Made by a program: the position numbers and the translations under genes. A stretch of 64,000 nt of DNA from Octopus vulgaris (lineage: Eukaryota): the NCBI GenBank assembly GCA_951406725.2, contig OX597827.1:60202001-60266000 (forward strand), written 5' to 3'. Positions 1 to 13,218 of this stretch are shown here, piece after piece (the stretch's first letter is position 1; the number at the start of each line of letters is the position of its first letter). The notes under the pieces are model-generated. The model was not told where the DNA came from and ran no database searches. It was given only the letters and a program-made list of their open reading frames with translations.

Positions 1-667
1 TCTGATTCTAAGAATGCGTTGCCTTGCGGCCATACATAGTCTTCGAGAGAAAAACCTGAGGAAAAACCAGGTGTAGGAACCCCTAAGAGAGTTCGATGTT
101 GTCTACTACCTCGTTCTGGCAACTACCTCGGCAACGCTCGTGCCGAACTGTAAGGGCCAGGCTGTAACTTTGGAGCCTTTAATGACGTAAAATTGGTGGA
201 GATACACCGGCTTGAGCAACAACTTGTACTCCATAGTATACTGTACAGGTTTGGATCCTATGAAAAGCTATGTATTGGGGAGACTGATGGATGCAGCAAA
301 TTAAAAGGTGGAACTGTGGGAAACAACGCTACAACTCAAACAGCACCGAGACAGCCCCACAAATGTGGCTTGTGTGGCGGAGACAACCATTCGCAGAGGA
401 AACACGCTTCGTGGGCAATAACCCGTTCTCCATAGCATACTGTTCAGAGTTGGCCGTTATTAAAATCCCTATATCGGAGAAGCTGATGAATTCAGCGGTG
501 GATCCGCACGAAACAACACTACAACTCAAATAGCACTGAGACAGTCCCACAAAAATGATCTGTGTGACAGATACTACCATCGCATATCGGACTGTTCAAC
601 CACTGACAGCGTTGTCCCAGGGGTGAAAATACCCATGATCATTAGCGACAGACGGAGGTCACATCAT
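1..667 (+). mobile_element. Degenerate RTE-clade LINE remnant with internally duplicated 3' segment
   Basis: Duplicated block aaacaac(g/a)ctacaactcaaa(c/t)agcac(c/t)gagacag(c/t)cccacaaa at 321-363 and 511-553; both continue into decayed C2H2-like text (KCGLCGGDNHS; DLCDRYYH/HIGLFNH*QRC) typical of RTE ORF C-termini; RTE-like tail gacagacggaggtcac. Confidence 0.5.
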
Positions 668-689
668 GCGGCTGTAGTATGTAGCATGA

Positions 690-1009
690 CACTCACTAGT
701 TAGAAGGTCGTGGTCACAATCATGAGGAAGTGAGTTCGGTTCCCGGACCGGGCTATGTGTTGTGTTCTTGAGCAAGATACTTTATTTCACGTTGCTCGAG
801 TGCATTCAGCCGTAGAAATGAGTTGTGACGTCACTGGTGCAAAGCTTTTGCCTTTCTCTTTCCCATAGATGATATTGGTGGCGTGGGTAGGAGAGGTCGG
901 TGTGCGTGGGCGACAACTTGTCCTCCATAAACAACCTTGTCCGGACTTGTGCCTTGGATGAAAACTTTTTAGGTGCAATCCCAAGTCACTCATGACCAAA
1001 AAGGGTCTT
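690..1009 (+). mobile_element. tRNA-derived SINE, family D variant
   Basis: Box B-like gagttcggttccc, body gttgtgttcttgagcaagatac...cacgttgctc shared with other D copies; 3' half matches reverse complement of 15606-15813. Confidence 0.75.
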
Positions 1010-1420
1010 AGAGTATGCAGCATGACGCGTGGTATGAGATATAGTGTGTGTGTGGTACTGTATGTTCTATGGAGTGCTGCATGGTGTTATAGTATGCAGT
1101 ATGGGCCAGGCTGTAGTACAATGACTGTGGTATGAACTGTGTTGTTTCGTTGTGTTGTCTGATGTGTTGCAGTGTGGACCAAATGTGTTTGCATGTATTT
1201 ATTCACGGTTGCTGTATGTGTGGTCTGAGCTTGAAGTGTGTTTGTTGTATAGGTGCGTGCGGTGGGGGGGGTGTTGTGCCTATGAATGATTGTTGGTGAA
1301 CGGTGGCGTATGGGAATGAGGGAAGGTAGTTTGGGTAAAAGATGAATGAGAAATTGAGTGGGCCAGGAAGGTGAAGAGTAATGGTGGGTAGAAAGACAGG
1401 GAGGGTTGGAAGTTAGACAG

Positions 1421-1643
1421 TGTGGTGCTGGTGGTGGTGGTGGTGGTGGTGGTGGTGGTGGTGGTGTTGGTGGTGGTGCTGGTGCTGGTGGGGAAGTGAA
1501 AGGTGAGTGTCAGAGAAGATAAATGAGAAAGCGGCGACTAAATTGTATGTGTACATACGCATAGAATATATGTGTGTGTGTGTATATTTGTGTGTATGTG
1601 TGTGAGCGCGCATGTGTGTGTGTGTCTCTCTATGAATGTGTGA

Positions 1644-1697
<54 letters not shown>

Positions 1698-1792
1698 ATG
1701 CATGTATCTATATGCATGTATGTGTGTGCGCGAGTGCACATAAAATAACTTCATAGACAGACACAAATTGATAAAGGGAGATAGAAAGAGTG

Positions 1793-1851
<59 letters not shown>

Positions 1852-1886
1852 TGTATGTATGTATGCACACATGCATACATACAGTC

Positions 1887-1973
<87 letters not shown>

Positions 1974-1982
1974 CAGATAGAC

Positions 1983-2058
<76 letters not shown>

Positions 2059-2176
2059 GCATACATACATATATATTCATACATTTATATACATACATAC
2101 AGACACATACATACATACATACATACATACATACATACATACATACATACATACATACATACATACATACATACAT
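1421..2176. repeat. Compound microsatellites (GGT)n, (TG)n, (TA)n, (GATA)n, (CATA)n
   Basis: Direct reading. Confidence 0.95.
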
Positions 2177-2429
2177 AGAAAACTAACTGAACGAAATCCA
2201 CAAAAAATTCTGTTAGAATATTGAGGGAATCGAATAAGAAGAAATGTGTAATATCATCTAATTACAGAGGTGGTGGCGTTGGTGGTTGTAATAGTGGCGG
2301 GGGAGTGGACATCGCCGTCGTCGTGTTTGTCGTCGTCGTCGTCGTCGTATTTGGGAGGGAAAATGGCCGAATGTTGATCAACGCAAAGAAATGCTTAAAG
2401 AAGGGGTTGAAAAAGTCTGAAGAAATAGA

Positions 2430-2950
2430 TTGAAACCTGAAAAAGTGGAAGAAGAATGGAAGTCCATGAACGAAGATTGATGAAACAATGAATAAAGAGT
2501 GAAGAGATGAATGATCGTGTACGAAGAGTTAATGAAATGAATGACAATGGATCATGACTGAAGGAATGAAAACTGGTGGATGAAAATTGAAGAAATGATT
2601 GACAGTGAATGATGATTGAAGAAATGTAAGGACTATCAATGAAGATTTATAAAATCAATGACTGAAGAGATGAAAGATAATGAATGGAGACTGAAGAAAT
2701 AAAAGGCAAATATGAATGAAGATCAAAGAAATGAATGAATGTGAGTGAAGACTGATGAAAAAATGAAATGTGGGGAATAATGTTTGAAGTGAACGACGTT
2801 GAACAAAAAATGTAATGAGCGACATTGAATAATGAATAAAAATGGAGATCAGTGAATGATAAATGAGATGAAAGACAGTGAATGACGAAAATAAATTCGA
2901 ATGAAAATATATTCGGCAAAAATAGAAAACACATAAAACGATGAATGATA
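2430..2950. repeat. Degenerate GAA/TGAA-rich low-complexity tract
   Basis: Recurrent tgaa, gaatga, tgaaga words. Confidence 0.6.
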
Positions 2951-2974
2951 ATATTTTTTTCTATTATAGGGGGC

Positions 2975-3132
2975 TACATTATTTACATTATTTACAATTG
3001 ATGGATATTTGTCCTCCTCTTGTTTGTTGTTAACACAATGTTTCGGTTGATATACCCTCCAGCCTTCATCAGGTGTCTTGGGGAAAATTTCGAACCTGAG
3101 TTCTCATTCCTAAGGTACTTTTCGATGTTGTT
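2975..3132 (-). mobile_element. Penelope-like terminal repeat (inverted copy) with hammerhead motif
   Basis: 3049-3132 is the reverse complement of 4069-4150; contains hammerhead core on minus strand. Confidence 0.7.
3033..3076 (-). ncRNA. Minimal type I hammerhead ribozyme motif (slightly decayed)
   Basis: ACAC-CUGAUGA-A-GGCUG(gagggUaUaU)CAACC-GAAAC-AUU-GUGU; stem I ACAC/GUGU. Confidence 0.7.
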
Positions 3133-3173
3133 ATTACTAACCCCAAGATTCCGAGTTCGATTCCAGGCAGTGA

Positions 3174-3427
<254 letters not shown>

Positions 3428-3433
3428 GAGAAT

Positions 3434-3866
3434 AATAGAGAAATTAAGGCCAACAGACCAGATATAGTTGTCAGAGATCATGAAGAAAAAAAATGCTTTC
3501 TAATTGATGTATCAATACCGGCAGATGACAACGTGTCTCTAAAAGAAATGGAGAAACTCTCAAAATACAAAGACCTGGAAATAGAGGTAACTAGAATGTG
3601 GAATCTGAAAACAGAAACAATTCCTATCATAGTAGGTGCATTCGGCATGATAAAAAAATATTCAGACAAATACATAACAAAAACACCAGGACTTACAAAC
3701 ACATATATCATACAGAAAATTGCACTACTAGGCACTGCACACATCCTACGCAGAGCACTTTCCATACAATAACCATCAGAGCATCACAACAAATCACAGC
3801 ACATACCCAAGGCACACAGAGCTGCGCTCGGTAGTGAAGTGAAAGCACGCTATAAAAATAAAACTA

Positions 3867-3870
<4 letters not shown>
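3434..3870 (+). mobile_element. 5'-truncated R4/Dong-like non-LTR retrotransposon (restriction-like endonuclease C-terminus plus 3' UTR) in (AAT)n
   Basis: Frame reads REIKANRPDIVVRDHEEKKCFLIDVSIPADDNVSLKEMEKLSKYKDLEIEVTRMW...IPIIVGAFG (RPD..D..K RLE motif), stop at 3772; AAT repeats on both sides. Confidence 0.9.
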
Positions 3871-3942
<72 letters not shown>

Positions 3943-3945
3943 GTA

Positions 3946-4042
<97 letters not shown>

Positions 4043-4073
4043 CAACAACAACAACAACAATAACAACAACAAC
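3870..4073. repeat. (AAT)n(AAC)n microsatellite
   Basis: Direct reading. Confidence 0.95.
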
Positions 4074-4150
4074 ATCGAAAAATACCTTAGGAATGAGAAC
4101 TCAGGTTCGAAATTTCCCCAAGACACCTGATGAAGGCTGGAGGGTATATC
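4069..4150 (+). mobile_element. Penelope-like terminal repeat, truncated within the hammerhead
   Basis: acacCTGATGAaggctggagggtatatc; inverted partner of 3049-3132. Confidence 0.7.
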
Positions 4151-4265
4151 GATTCTGGTGGTGGGAGTAAAAGACTGGATTTGGTCTCAGAACATAAAGC
4201 GTCAGAGGATATACTGCAACGCTGAAACGATTCTCCTTGCTAGCAGTCTTAACGAATCTAAATAA

Positions 4266-4637
4266 TGGTACTTTATTTTGTAACTCCGAGAAGATAAAGG
4301 CAAAGTTTTCCTCAACGGGATTTGAACTCAGAACGTAGAGTGCTCAAAGAAATGTCGCTATGCATTTCATCTGAAGCGGTAACCATTCAACAAACGCGCT
4401 GCCTTAAAAGGGATTATAAAAACAGCTTCTAGTTTTGGCACAAAGCCTACAATGTTTGGGGGCGGGTTTCGGGGGTCAGTCGATTATATCGACTTCTGTG
4501 TTCAACTGCTACTTGCTAAAAGGATGGAAGGTGAAGTCGACCTCAACGGGGTTTGAACTCAGAACGTGAAGTGATCGAAGAAATGCCGCTAAGCAGTTTG
4601 TCCGACGCGCTAAGGATTCTGCCAGATCCACTGCCTT
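4266..4637 (-). mobile_element. Two diverged SINE family A copies in tandem
   Basis: gatttgaactcagaacg / gtttgaactcagaacg, gtcgacctc, gattctgccag matching reverse complement of family A. Confidence 0.75.
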
Positions 4638-4959
4638 GGCGGTGTAGGTGGTGGGTGGAAGCTGCAGAAATCTAATAATGGAAGGGTCGGAACGATAACG
4701 AAGTAATAAATGAAAGATACGGAATGAATTTGAAATGGAAGAAGAAAGGGAAAGAAAATGGAGGATTAATAGAATGGCGGTGAGAGGGAGGAAGAGGAAG
4801 GGAGGGAGGAAGAATAGTTGATGCCGGAAAGGAGAAGTAATAGAATGAAAAACATAATGAAAGAAGGATGGAAATGAATGAAACTGTGGGGAAAAAATAT
4901 ATAAAGATTTGAAGAAGAAAATTTTTGAAAATATTCTGAAATGGATAAAAGAAACGGAA

Positions 4960-6515
4960 ATGATGGTAGTGGTGGTGGAGGTGGTGGTGATGGTGGTGAT
5001 GGTGGTGATGGTGGTGATGGTGGTGATGGTGGTGATGGTGGCAGTGGTGGTGGTGATAGTGGTGATGGTGATGGTGGCAGCGGTGGTAATCATCACTACC
5101 ACTATCACCATTAACAACAACAAAATGGTGGCAGTGGTGGTGGTGACGGCAGTGGTGGTAGTGACGGCAGTGGTTGTGGTGATGATGGTAATGGTGGTAA
5201 TGGTGGTGGTAGTGATGATGGTGATGGTTATGGTGTTCATGGTAATAATGGTAGTGATGGCGGTGATGGTCGTGATAGTCGTGGTGGTGGTGATGGCAGT
5301 GGTGGTGAAGACGGTAGTAGTGGTGGTGGTGGTGGTGGTGGTTGTGGTGGTTGTTGTGGTCGTGGTCGTGGTGATTGTGGTGGTGACTGTGGAGGTGATT
5401 GTGGTGGTGATGATAGTGGTGGTGTTGGTGGTGGTGGTGGTCGTCGTCGTCGTCGTAATGTTGGTGACCATCGCCACTAACATCATCTCTGCTACTGCGA
5501 TAGTAGCCACCAACACAGCCACCACCGTCAACGCAACCACCACCAACACAACCACCACCAAAACAACTACTACAACCACAACCGCTACCACCGCAACCAC
5601 CATCATCAATACAACCACCAGCACCACCACCAACACAACCATCACCACCACCACTACCACTACACCATAGCCAACACAACCACCACCAACACAACCACAA
5701 CTACCACAACCGCCGCCACTGCAACCACCATCATAAATACAACTGCCAACACCACCACCAACAGCAACACCAACATAACCACCACCACTACTACCACTAC
5801 AACCAGCAACTCCACCAACACTTCAACCTAACACAGTAACTACCAGCACACTACTACAACATTACCACACCACTATGACCACCACCACCACCACTACCGA
5901 TACAGCAACCACTAACAACACGTCACCTTTACAAATAAACTACTACCACAACAACTACCATTATCAGTGACAACCACCACTACCTGCACCATGCTAACAT
6001 TCTGCCAACACACCACCATAAGCATTACCACCTCAACCAATACACTACTACAACATCAACCACCACCACGTACTAGCATAATCACCACAGTACAATGATC
6101 CCTACAAACACACTTCCTCAACGCCAGCGCCTCCACCGATACCACCACCACCACTAAAATCGCCAACAGCGCCATCGCCACTACCACTACCACCACCACT
6201 AAAATCGGCAACAGCGCCAGCGCCACCACCACCACAATCGCCAACAGCACCATCGCCAACAGCACCATCACTGCCACCGCCACCATACCAATCGCCAACA
6301 GCGCTATCGCTACCACTACCACTACCACCACTACCACCAAAACCATCAACAACCACCACCACCGCTGCCATTACCACAAACACCACATCCATCACAACAG
6401 CCGTCAGCATCAACCACCCTCCACTAACCACCACCACAACCGTGACAACCATCACAACAACCATATCCATCACAACCATCACCATCACGAACACCACCAC
6501 CACCACCACCATCGT
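4960..6515. repeat. Degenerate (GGT/GAT)n tract switching to (ACC/ACA)n near 5470
   Basis: Trinucleotide low-complexity; source of poly-V/T/H pseudo-ORFs. Confidence 0.9.
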
Positions 6516-6614
6516 ATCATAGACGCTGACAGCCAAATTCTTCAATCTTTTGTTTTTCTTTTTATCCAATCTTTCCAGTTTTTTTTTATCTCGTAATTTC
6601 TTTTGGTGTACATA

Positions 6615-6633
6615 ATAGTAGTAGTAGTAGTAA

Positions 6634-6700
<67 letters not shown>

Positions 6701-6892
6701 TATTGTTGTTGTTGTTGCTGCTGCTGCTGCTGCTGTTGTTGTTATTGTCTTCCTAGTGTGTCAAGTCGATTTAGATTGAATTAAATTTCAATAAAAAAAT
6801 ATATCCTCATGAAAACGAAATCATCGTCATCATCGTCATCATCGTCACCGCCATCATTATCATCATCATCGTCATCATCGTCATCATCATTT

Positions 6893-6931
<39 letters not shown>

Positions 6932-7224
6932 GTCATCATCGTCGTCATCATCGTCATCATCATTTATCATCATCACTAATATCATAATCATTATCCGCAT
7001 CATCATCGTCGTCGTCGTCGTCCGTCACCGTTATCCTTGTCATCATCATCATCATCATCACCACCTTCCCTTCTATCATCATCATCATCATCATTCTTAT
7101 CACTATCATCATCATCATCATCACCACCTTCCCATCTATCATCATCACCATCATCATCATCACCATCATCATCATCACCATCATCATCATCACCATCATC
7201 ATCATCACCATCATCATCATCACC

Positions 7225-7256
<32 letters not shown>

Positions 7257-7800
7257 CACCATCATCACCATCATCATCACCATTATCATCACCATCATCA
7301 TCACCATCATCATTCTTATTATCATCTTACCATCATCATCAATATCACTGTCGCTATCATCCATCTCCTCCTCCTCATCCCCTCTCCTCCTCCTCCTCCT
7401 CCTTACCATCTTCATATGTGTACGTCTGGTGGTAGGTGGGAGTGTGATGGAACAGGAAGCCATATTTTTTTTTTCTTATGTTAGCAGCCATAATTATTAT
7501 TTTATATTTGCAGCAATTTTGGATTCTTTTTTTTTGCTGATCTTACATTATTAGCTGCTGTGCTGTTGAAGGATCTGCCGATATTGCTATTCCTGCGGCT
7601 GCTGCTGCTTCTGCTGCTGCTGTTGATGTTGTTTTTGTTGCTGTTGTTGCTACACTTGTAACTGTCGTAACATGTTGCTGTCATTGTTGTTGTTGCTGCT
7701 GTTGAAGTTATTACTGTTGCTGATAGTGTTGTAGTTATAGTTGTTGCTGCTGTTGCTGCTGTTGTTGTTGTTGTTGTTACTTTTGTTGTTGTTGTTGTTA
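6615..7800. repeat. (TAG)n, (TGC)n, (ATC/ACC)n, (TTG)n trinucleotide repeats
   Basis: Direct reading. Confidence 0.9.
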
Positions 7801-8111
7801 TTTAACACCAGGCCAAACCTTATAGTCCTGATCCTTCTCTAATCAAATCCAATCCAATCCAATCGTAGTAATCTCTCTTTACTCTTTTACTCTCTTTTAC
7901 TTGTTTCAGTCATTTGGCTGCGGCCATGCTGGAGCACCGCCTTTTAGTAAAGCAAATCGACCCCAGGACTTATTTTTTTGTAAGCCTAGTACTTATGTTA
8001 TCGGTCTCTTTTGCCGAACCGCTAAGTTACGGAGACGTAAACACATCAGCATCGGTTGTCAAGCGATGCTGGGGAGACAAACAGACATACAAACACAAAC
8101 TCACACACACG

Positions 8112-8156
<45 letters not shown>

Positions 8157-8221
8157 GAACACACACACAACACACACATACACACGCACACACACATACA
8201 CACACGCACATACATATATAT

Positions 8222-8674
8222 AGCAGTCGTCGAAGCAACACGTTTTTGTTCGTCTCCCGCGGCCATAAGGCACTTCATAAGCCAGCCCCAACTCAACTCG
8301 TCCTGTCGAAAGACCCTTGTCCTACGTCCTGGTTTTGTTTTGTTTTTTATCCTTACCGTTATTGTTTTTACGTTTTTGTATTCTTATTCGTGCTTTCCTT
8401 ATTGTTTTCACGTATTCTGTATTTTTATTCGTGTACATCGTTCGTTTTCCGTCCTTGTGTTGTATACATTCGAAGCTTTCTTCTAAGGGATCTAATGCGC
8501 TTGGCTTAGATTTCCCTTGGGGGCTGCCCAGATCGTAGCAATCTCAAGATTAATCAGCCGAAATTACGAAGATGATCTGGTTCTTGACTGATGACTGAGG
8601 GCTTTCGTCCTGTGGTTCTTGTGTCGTCTCCTTGGTGTTTCATGTTCTTGTCCATGTTTGTATTTATTTTTTAC

Positions 8675-8680
<6 letters not shown>
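8222..8680 (+). mobile_element. Short Penelope-like/retrozyme-like element inserted in SINE B microsatellite
   Basis: Bounded by TA/CA repeats, T-rich 3' part, carries rearranged hammerhead motif. Confidence 0.55.
8528..8600 (+). ncRNA. Candidate non-circularly permuted hammerhead ribozyme
   Basis: GCAAU-C-UCAAGA (8538-8549), UCAG-CC-GAAAUUAC (8554-8567), UCUUGA-CUGAUGA-CUGA (8582-8598); extra helix CCAGAUC/GAUCUGG. Confidence 0.65.
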
Positions 8681-8744
<64 letters not shown>

Positions 8745-10060
8745 TACGACGGGGTTCTTTCAGTTACCGTCTACCAAATTCACTCACAAGGCTTTGGTCG
8801 ACCCGAGGCTATAGTAAAAGACACTTGCCCAATGTGCCATGCAGCGCGACTGAACCCGGAACCATGTGGTTCGTAAGCAAGCTACTTACGACACAGCCAC
8901 TCCTAAACCATTTTTTTTTTACCGCAGTCGTAAATAAGGAAGATTATGCTTAAAGACAATGTGGCGTGATTTGATAAAGATGAGGTTGCTCCTTTTTCGG
9001 TCGCGTTATGTATAACCGCAAGTCAACTGTGACTACAAGTTCCAATTCTTGTTATGTTGCGGTGGCTTGTGTATTTCAGTGACACTGGGAGCTATACAGA
9101 GGTCTAGAAAATAAAAGCAAAAGAAACAGAAGCATTGATGACAATTCAAAACCAACAAGACCTGGGAGAGGAAGGCTTTTCCTCAGCGAAATATGAGGGG
9201 TGCAGCAAAATCTTGAAATGAAATAGGATCAGCCTGGAGAAAAGCAGAAAAGAAAACTCAAAGTCGTGAATGGTGGAGAAAAGTTATTGGTGGCCTAAGC
9301 GAGCAATGGTTTTAAGTAAGTTGTAATGTTGCTGAATTATGACCACAAGCATTACAGTAATGATCATCTCTTTTCTCTTCAGAACAAGAACAAGAACAAG
9401 AACAAGAAGAGAAACAACAACAGCAATAACAACAACAACAACAACGACGACGACGGCGATGATGATGATGATAAACAACATCAGGGAAAAGACGAAGAAG
9501 GAAAAGAAAGAGAAGTAAAATGAGAAAAGGGAGGGAGAAGGAGGACGGGAAGGAGAAAGAGGAGAGAAGGGAACAAAAGAGGCGGAGGGAAAAAAAGGAG
9601 AGGTGGAGGAAGAAAGAGAAGCTGAGAGAAAAAGAAAGCTGGAGAGGAGTAGAAGGAGCGGCAGGGGAGAAGTATGAAAAAAAGACGTGGAGAGAAGAGA
9701 ACGAGGAGAAATAAGAGGAAAGAGATAGAGAAGTCGAATAGGGAAGTAATGGAAGAGGCGGAGGAGAGGAGTAGAAGAGGAAGGTATGTGGGAGGTGGCT
9801 AACGTTCTAGATTTGTAACGGGGGAGCGGGGTAGGAAAATATCATTTTCTAGAAATGTTTTTAAAAAAGATAGGGATTTGATGGGTGTGATTTTTGATAT
9901 GTTGGTTTTAACTGACCGAAAATCTGTTTAAAAGGCTTGTAAGACTTAAAGTTATGTACTGAAGGGTCAAGGCAGAACACACCCAGTTTTGCTAAACGAA
10001 ACAGGCGTCAACTTATGTCATATAAATACAATATATGTAGACATACGTGCATGCATATAT

Positions 10061-10061
<1 letters not shown>

Positions 10062-10116
<55 letters not shown>

Positions 10117-10331
10117 AATATATATACATACACAAACATGTATGCATAAACACACACAGATGTATATGAATACACCCACGAACTACAGAAATAAGCGTAT
10201 ATTTATTATATACACCCATGCATATGCAGACAGGTTTTAAGTTAATACATATATTATATTATCACGTATGCATAATGTGTGTGTGTGCATGTGTGTGTAG
10301 AAACTCACAGCCACTGCATGCATGCAGATAT

Positions 10332-10400
<69 letters not shown>

Positions 10401-10468
10401 AGATATAGATATAGACATATATATATATATATATATTTATATATACATATAGATATAGATATAGATAT

Positions 10469-10508
<40 letters not shown>

Positions 10509-10568
10509 GCACATATACACACATACATATATTCATACATGCATATACACATATACATACACAACCGT

Positions 10569-10610
<42 letters not shown>
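10062..10610. repeat. (TA)n, (ATATAG)n, (CATA)-type microsatellites
   Basis: Direct reading. Confidence 0.9.
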
Positions 10611-10613
<3 letters not shown>

Positions 10614-10721
10614 GACATTTTAATTAGAAGATATATTGCAATCATAAATATGCTTGAAATATATCTAACACTCGAACCAGTAAACATCATATGCACAGAA
10701 ATTATGTTCCATTTGTCTTCA

Positions 10722-11175
10722 TACGAGGGGGTACCCAAAAGAAACTGGAATTTTGCAATATCATATTAGTCATTAAGTTTTACATGTTTACACTTTCGTC
10801 GCCTTCAAAGTATTCTTCATTTGAACCAACGCATTGGTCTATACGCGTTTTCTACTGTTCGAAGCAGTGCTGGAACTCTTGCGAAGTGGTACCTTTTAAC
10901 ACTTGCGTCGTCTTTTTTTCTTCACCTCTTCCTCGTCTGGAAATTCCGTAGCACCAGCTTTCGTCACCAGTGATGACCTTCGAAAAAAGGTCCGGATCAA
11001 CTTCCAACTGTTTTTTTCAGCTCGCGACTGAAGCATTCCGTGAGCAGGCGAAGGACAAATTTTGCTGCAACTCATTTTATTCACAATTCCTCGCTCAAAA
11101 TTCGTTGACAGGAGCTTCAGGACACGCAGTCATACCAAGAAGTTCGTCAATTGTTCATTGACGTTCCTCCAAGAT
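10722..11175 (-). mobile_element. Internally deleted mariner (DD34D-type) transposon remnant
   Basis: TIR-like end tacgagggggtacccaaaa; minus strand encodes DPDLFSKVITGDESWCY (first catalytic D) and C-terminal FQHCFEQ*KTRIDQCVGSNEEYFEGD. Confidence 0.8.
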
Positions 11176-11319
11176 TATAACTCTGTTTGTGTGTGTTGTG
11201 CATAACTGAATTATCAGTTATTATAAGTTTTTACGTATTATAAGTTTTTACGTATTTATATCTACCTATCTACGCACACACTCATACACACACACACACG
11301 CTCACACACACATATATAT

Positions 11320-11512
11320 GGAGTGGCTGTGTGGTAAGTAGTTTGCTTACCAACCACATGGTTCCGGGTGCAGTCCCACTGTATGGCATCTTGGCAAGTG
11401 TCTTCTACTATAGCTTCGGGCCGACCAAAGCCTTGTGAGTGGATTTGGTAGACGGAAACTGAAAGAAGCCCGTCGTATGTATGTATATATATATATGTAT
11501 ATATATATATGT

Positions 11513-11586
<74 letters not shown>

Positions 11587-11795
11587 TGTGTGTCTGTGTT
11601 TGTCCCCCCAACATCGCTTAACAACCGATGCTGGTGTGTTTACGTCCCCGCAACTTAGCGGTTCGGCAAAAGAGACCGATAGAATAAGTACTAGGCTTAT
11701 AAAGAATAAAGTCCTGGGGTCAATTTGCTTGACTAAAGGCGGTGCTCCAGCATGGCCACAGTCAAATGACTGAAACAAGTAAACGAGTAAAGAGT
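11320..11795 (+). mobile_element. Full-length tRNA-derived SINE, family B (CORE-like body, internal (TA)n(TG)n)
   Basis: Head ggagtggctgtgtggtaag...ccgggtgcagtccc, cttggcaagtg core-like motif, tail aatgactgaaacaagtaaa; more than 10 copies in window. Confidence 0.92.
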
Positions 11796-11798
11796 ATC

Positions 11799-12176
11799 TA
11801 TCAGGTCGTCCCATAAGTTCTGTCCGATTTTACTTCTTTTTTAAATTGAATGAAATTTAATTGTATTTTAGAATGTCTAATGGAATTTTAAATTATTTTT
11901 CTGCATTCGTGTACATTTAAACTAATTAAATATTATTTTACAGAATAATATAATTGAAATTTCTTTGATTAAAACCTTTCTAACATGGAAGTATCCAAAG
12001 AGCATTTAAGGCATATAATACTTTATGAGTACAAAAAAGGAAACTCTGCAGCAGAAGCGACTCGAAACATAGACTCAATTTATGGGAAAGAATGCTTGAA
12101 TGAAAGAACTTGCAGAAGATGGTTTGCAAAATGCAGAAGTGGAGATTTCAGCCTTGAAGATGAAGATCGAACAGGA
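11799..12176 (+). mobile_element. 5' end of mariner transposon with transposase N-terminal HTH
   Basis: TA plus TIR-like tcaggtcgtcccataagttc; ORF from 11985 MEVSKEHLRHIILYEYKKGNSAAEATRNIDSIYGKECLNERTCRRWFAKCRSGDFSLEDEDRTG matches the Mos1/Hsmar1-type HTH; truncated. Confidence 0.9.
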
Positions 12177-12285
12177 CTCTTATTTCTAGCAATGCTGGCG
12201 GTGACTAGTACCCTTAGGCACATTAGTGGCGTCTATACTTGTGCCTTTGGGTTAATAATTTATATATTCTGTATGTAAGGGTGTG

Positions 12286-13218
<933 letters not shown>

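Larger units (their letters stand above)
7874..8903 (-). mobile_element. SINE family B split by an insertion in its internal microsatellite (3' half 7874-8085, 5' half 8747-8903)
   Basis: Reverse complement of the complete copy at 11320-11795. Confidence 0.9.

Noticed and set aside
4509-5700. 253-383 aa mucin-like or His-rich ORFs
   Set aside because: Open in several frames on both strands because of GGT/ACC repeats
11985-12278. Domesticated SETMAR-like gene
   Set aside because: Transposase homology stops after about 64 aa, is preceded by a TIR, and has no SET domain or catalytic region
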